A stretch of DNA of 64,000 nt from Squalus acanthias (lineage: Eukaryota): positions 1 to 64,000 of the forward strand of contig JASTWF010000148.1 of NCBI GenBank assembly GCA_030390025.1, in the 5' to 3' direction. The stretch's first letter is position 1; each line of letters begins with the position of its first letter. This document shows, one piece after another, positions 61,934 through 64,000 of the stretch. The position numbers and the translations under genes were made by a program. Under the pieces are notes generated by a model that was given only the letters and a program-made list of their open reading frames with translations, was not told where the DNA came from and did not search any database.

Positions 61934-63314
61934 CTATTTTCGTTAGTTTTAGCCAAAGCGTAATGCATTCTAAGGAGGGCCTTCAGGATTTCAGAATAAA
62001 ACAAACACGAATATAAATCTTCTTGCTGCATTAACATGATCGCTAACTCATAATGATCAGCGGAAAGTTATTCCCTTAGTGACTGTTTAAGATAATATGA
62101 ATTGGCCATTTGAAGAATCTGCCTTTCGTTCGGGACAACAATTAAAATATTGATGCGGACGCCTAACTGAGGAATTATTTTACACAAAGTGTCGGCCAAA
62201 TCTGATCTTGCGCATTATTAACAATAGAATCTGTGACATTACAATTTTTTAGGGAGATCGAAATAACCTTAACAGGTTTTCATGTTCATTGTCATTCAAG
62301 TTTTGTTCGTTTTATTAATATATGGAATACAGATACAGGCCATGTCGGAAATGACCAAAACCCTGCCAATGTATAACTGACTAACAGTAAAATTAAACGC
62401 ACAGCCAATGTCCCTTGATACACTATGAGCCACAGTCATTTCTGACAACAGAATAATATATTTGAACTGTCCTGGAATTTACATACATTTTGCAAAAAAA
62501 GATATTTCAAGAGCAGAATTGGTAATTCAACCTTCCGTATTTGCGCCATATCTAATGTATCACGTGTTTCTTTAGAAATGTACATGATCACCTTGTCACT
62601 ATTTCTACTGTCTCTTTCAAACCTTGGCTTGTAAGATATTCCGCTAGTATAATACATAATGAAGGGGCTGACTTACAGTTTAATGGACATCGGAACACAA
62701 GAATATAGGAATCGCTAGACGGGAAAAGACCAAAGTGCATCTAATTGGCCTTGTACCATCCTGGGAGTCCCATGTTACATCGATAATGGAGTTGTTGACT
62801 AATCACAGCGATCAATCTCTATCAATGAGTCTACAACAGACCCAGACATGAGGCGAGGAAAACCCCAGTGGTGGAGAGCTTTAGGAGCCATCGGACCAAA
62901 GTTACCTCTTCCTCCCGAGCATTCTACACTTACCACACGTCATGTCTCAAATTACACACACACTGTGTCCCAAAATCTTATTCTATGAATGAAATCGGTC
63001 CAATTTGCATCTGAATGAGTCAACACTAACTGCTTCCACCGTCTCCCTAGGGAGCCTGTCCCATAGATTGACCGCTCACTGACTCAAATATTGTTTCAGC
63101 AGCTTGGATTTGAATTTACCCCCTTCAACCTGCACCCCAAAATAAGTGAACCTCTTATTTATCTCGTTTGTTGTTGGTGGGATCCTGCTCGGCGCAAAAT
63201 GCCGACCGTGTTTGCGTCGGAAGAACAGTAATTACTCTTCAAAATGCAATTCACCAATTTTAAAGCGCTCTGGAGGGCGCTGGAGACGTGAAACGAGCTG
63301 AACAAATGCACATT

Positions 63315-63500
63315 GGGGTAGATTTTCACTCTGTGGGACAGTGTAAAACCGGTGAGAGCGAGTCGGCAGCCCGGTTTACATCTCCCCCGATGTGTAGTTC
63401 CACTGATGTCAATGGAAATATTAATCAGCACAGATGTAAAACGGGCTGCCGATTCTCTATCACCCGGTTTACACTTTCGCACAAAGTGAAAATCTACCCC
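63315..63500. mobile_element. 186-bp palindromic MITE (Harbinger-like)
   Basis: TIRs GGGGTAGATTTTCACT ... AGTGAAAATCTACCCC; perfect ATT TSD. Confidence 0.88.
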
Positions 63501-63542
63501 ATTCGTTCTTCTTCCTAAACATACGATCCGAAAAGCAGCCCC

Positions 63543-63581
63543 GGTTTTTGTACGGACTCTGTCGCTCCTTATTACACTGTG
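63543..63581 (-). other. Consensus 23-RSS
   Basis: CACAGTG-23 nt-ACAAAAACC. Confidence 0.95.
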
Positions 63582-63852
63582 TGTACGACACAGAAGTAGG
63601 TCGCGGTGTCTGTCAGAGGTAAGGCCGCGATAGTCAGGGAGCTGCGATTCTCCGAACTTCGACTGACGGCTGTGAATCGACCTTTATGTTCACCCTTTTC
63701 CGATGCCATTATCAACAGCTTTGGGCTCTGGTTTGGAGGCTGCACGTACCAGTATATCGCGGTGAACGGAGTGGTTGTGTGACAGTTCATCGATATGGTT
63801 TTCCATTCACTGGGAGTCTGTGACGGAAATGTTTGTTCAACTTCCTCTTTAC
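63582..63852 (-). CDS. TCR alpha/delta-type V exon (leader not seen in window)
   Basis: TTTTTCACAG acceptor; EEVEQ...ISMNC...IYWYVQPPNQSPKLLI...KGRFT...SSLTI...DTATYFCVV. Confidence 0.88.
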
Positions 63853-64000
63853 CTGTGAAAAACAATGTTATTAATGGAGCAAAGCGGACAACACCAGTCA
63901 GTTCCAAAAGATATCTCAGGAATATAGCCGTTCCCGATTAGAGGGGATATTTTCTCCATTTCTAACGTATGGAATACGTTTAACATTTGAAACACCTCAA

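Noticed and set aside
62436-62680. 73-aa ORF and a GTAAGT donor as a V or leader
   Set aside because: No Cys/Trp/YYC framework, no RSS, no hydrophobic leader.

Overview
Vertebrate (cartilaginous fish, shark-like) genomic DNA from an antigen-receptor region, dense in repeats. The + strand carries a complete IgH (mu-type) cluster: leader 15593-15638, an already-joined V-D-J exon 15759-16118 with no RSS, CH1-CH4 with secretory tail, and TM1/TM2 at 41.7-42.0 kb. Leader, VDJ, CH1, CH3 and TM exons are open, whereas CH2 and CH4 are frameshifted and the secretory tail has an in-frame stop. Facing it on the - strand are TCR alpha/delta-type V segments with RSSs, a NAR-type (NARTCR-like) V and an orphan 12/12 D segment. 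The rest is CR1, L2 and RTE LINEs, SINEs, Harbinger-like MITEs, Penelope-like elements carrying five minimal hammerhead ribozyme motifs, and 27-, 52/53-, 67- and 25-bp tandem arrays (one spans about 10 kb). Exon, RSS, TIR and TSD coordinates were counted by hand; LINE, SINE and satellite boundaries are approximate. Family assignments rest on recognised motifs, not database searches.
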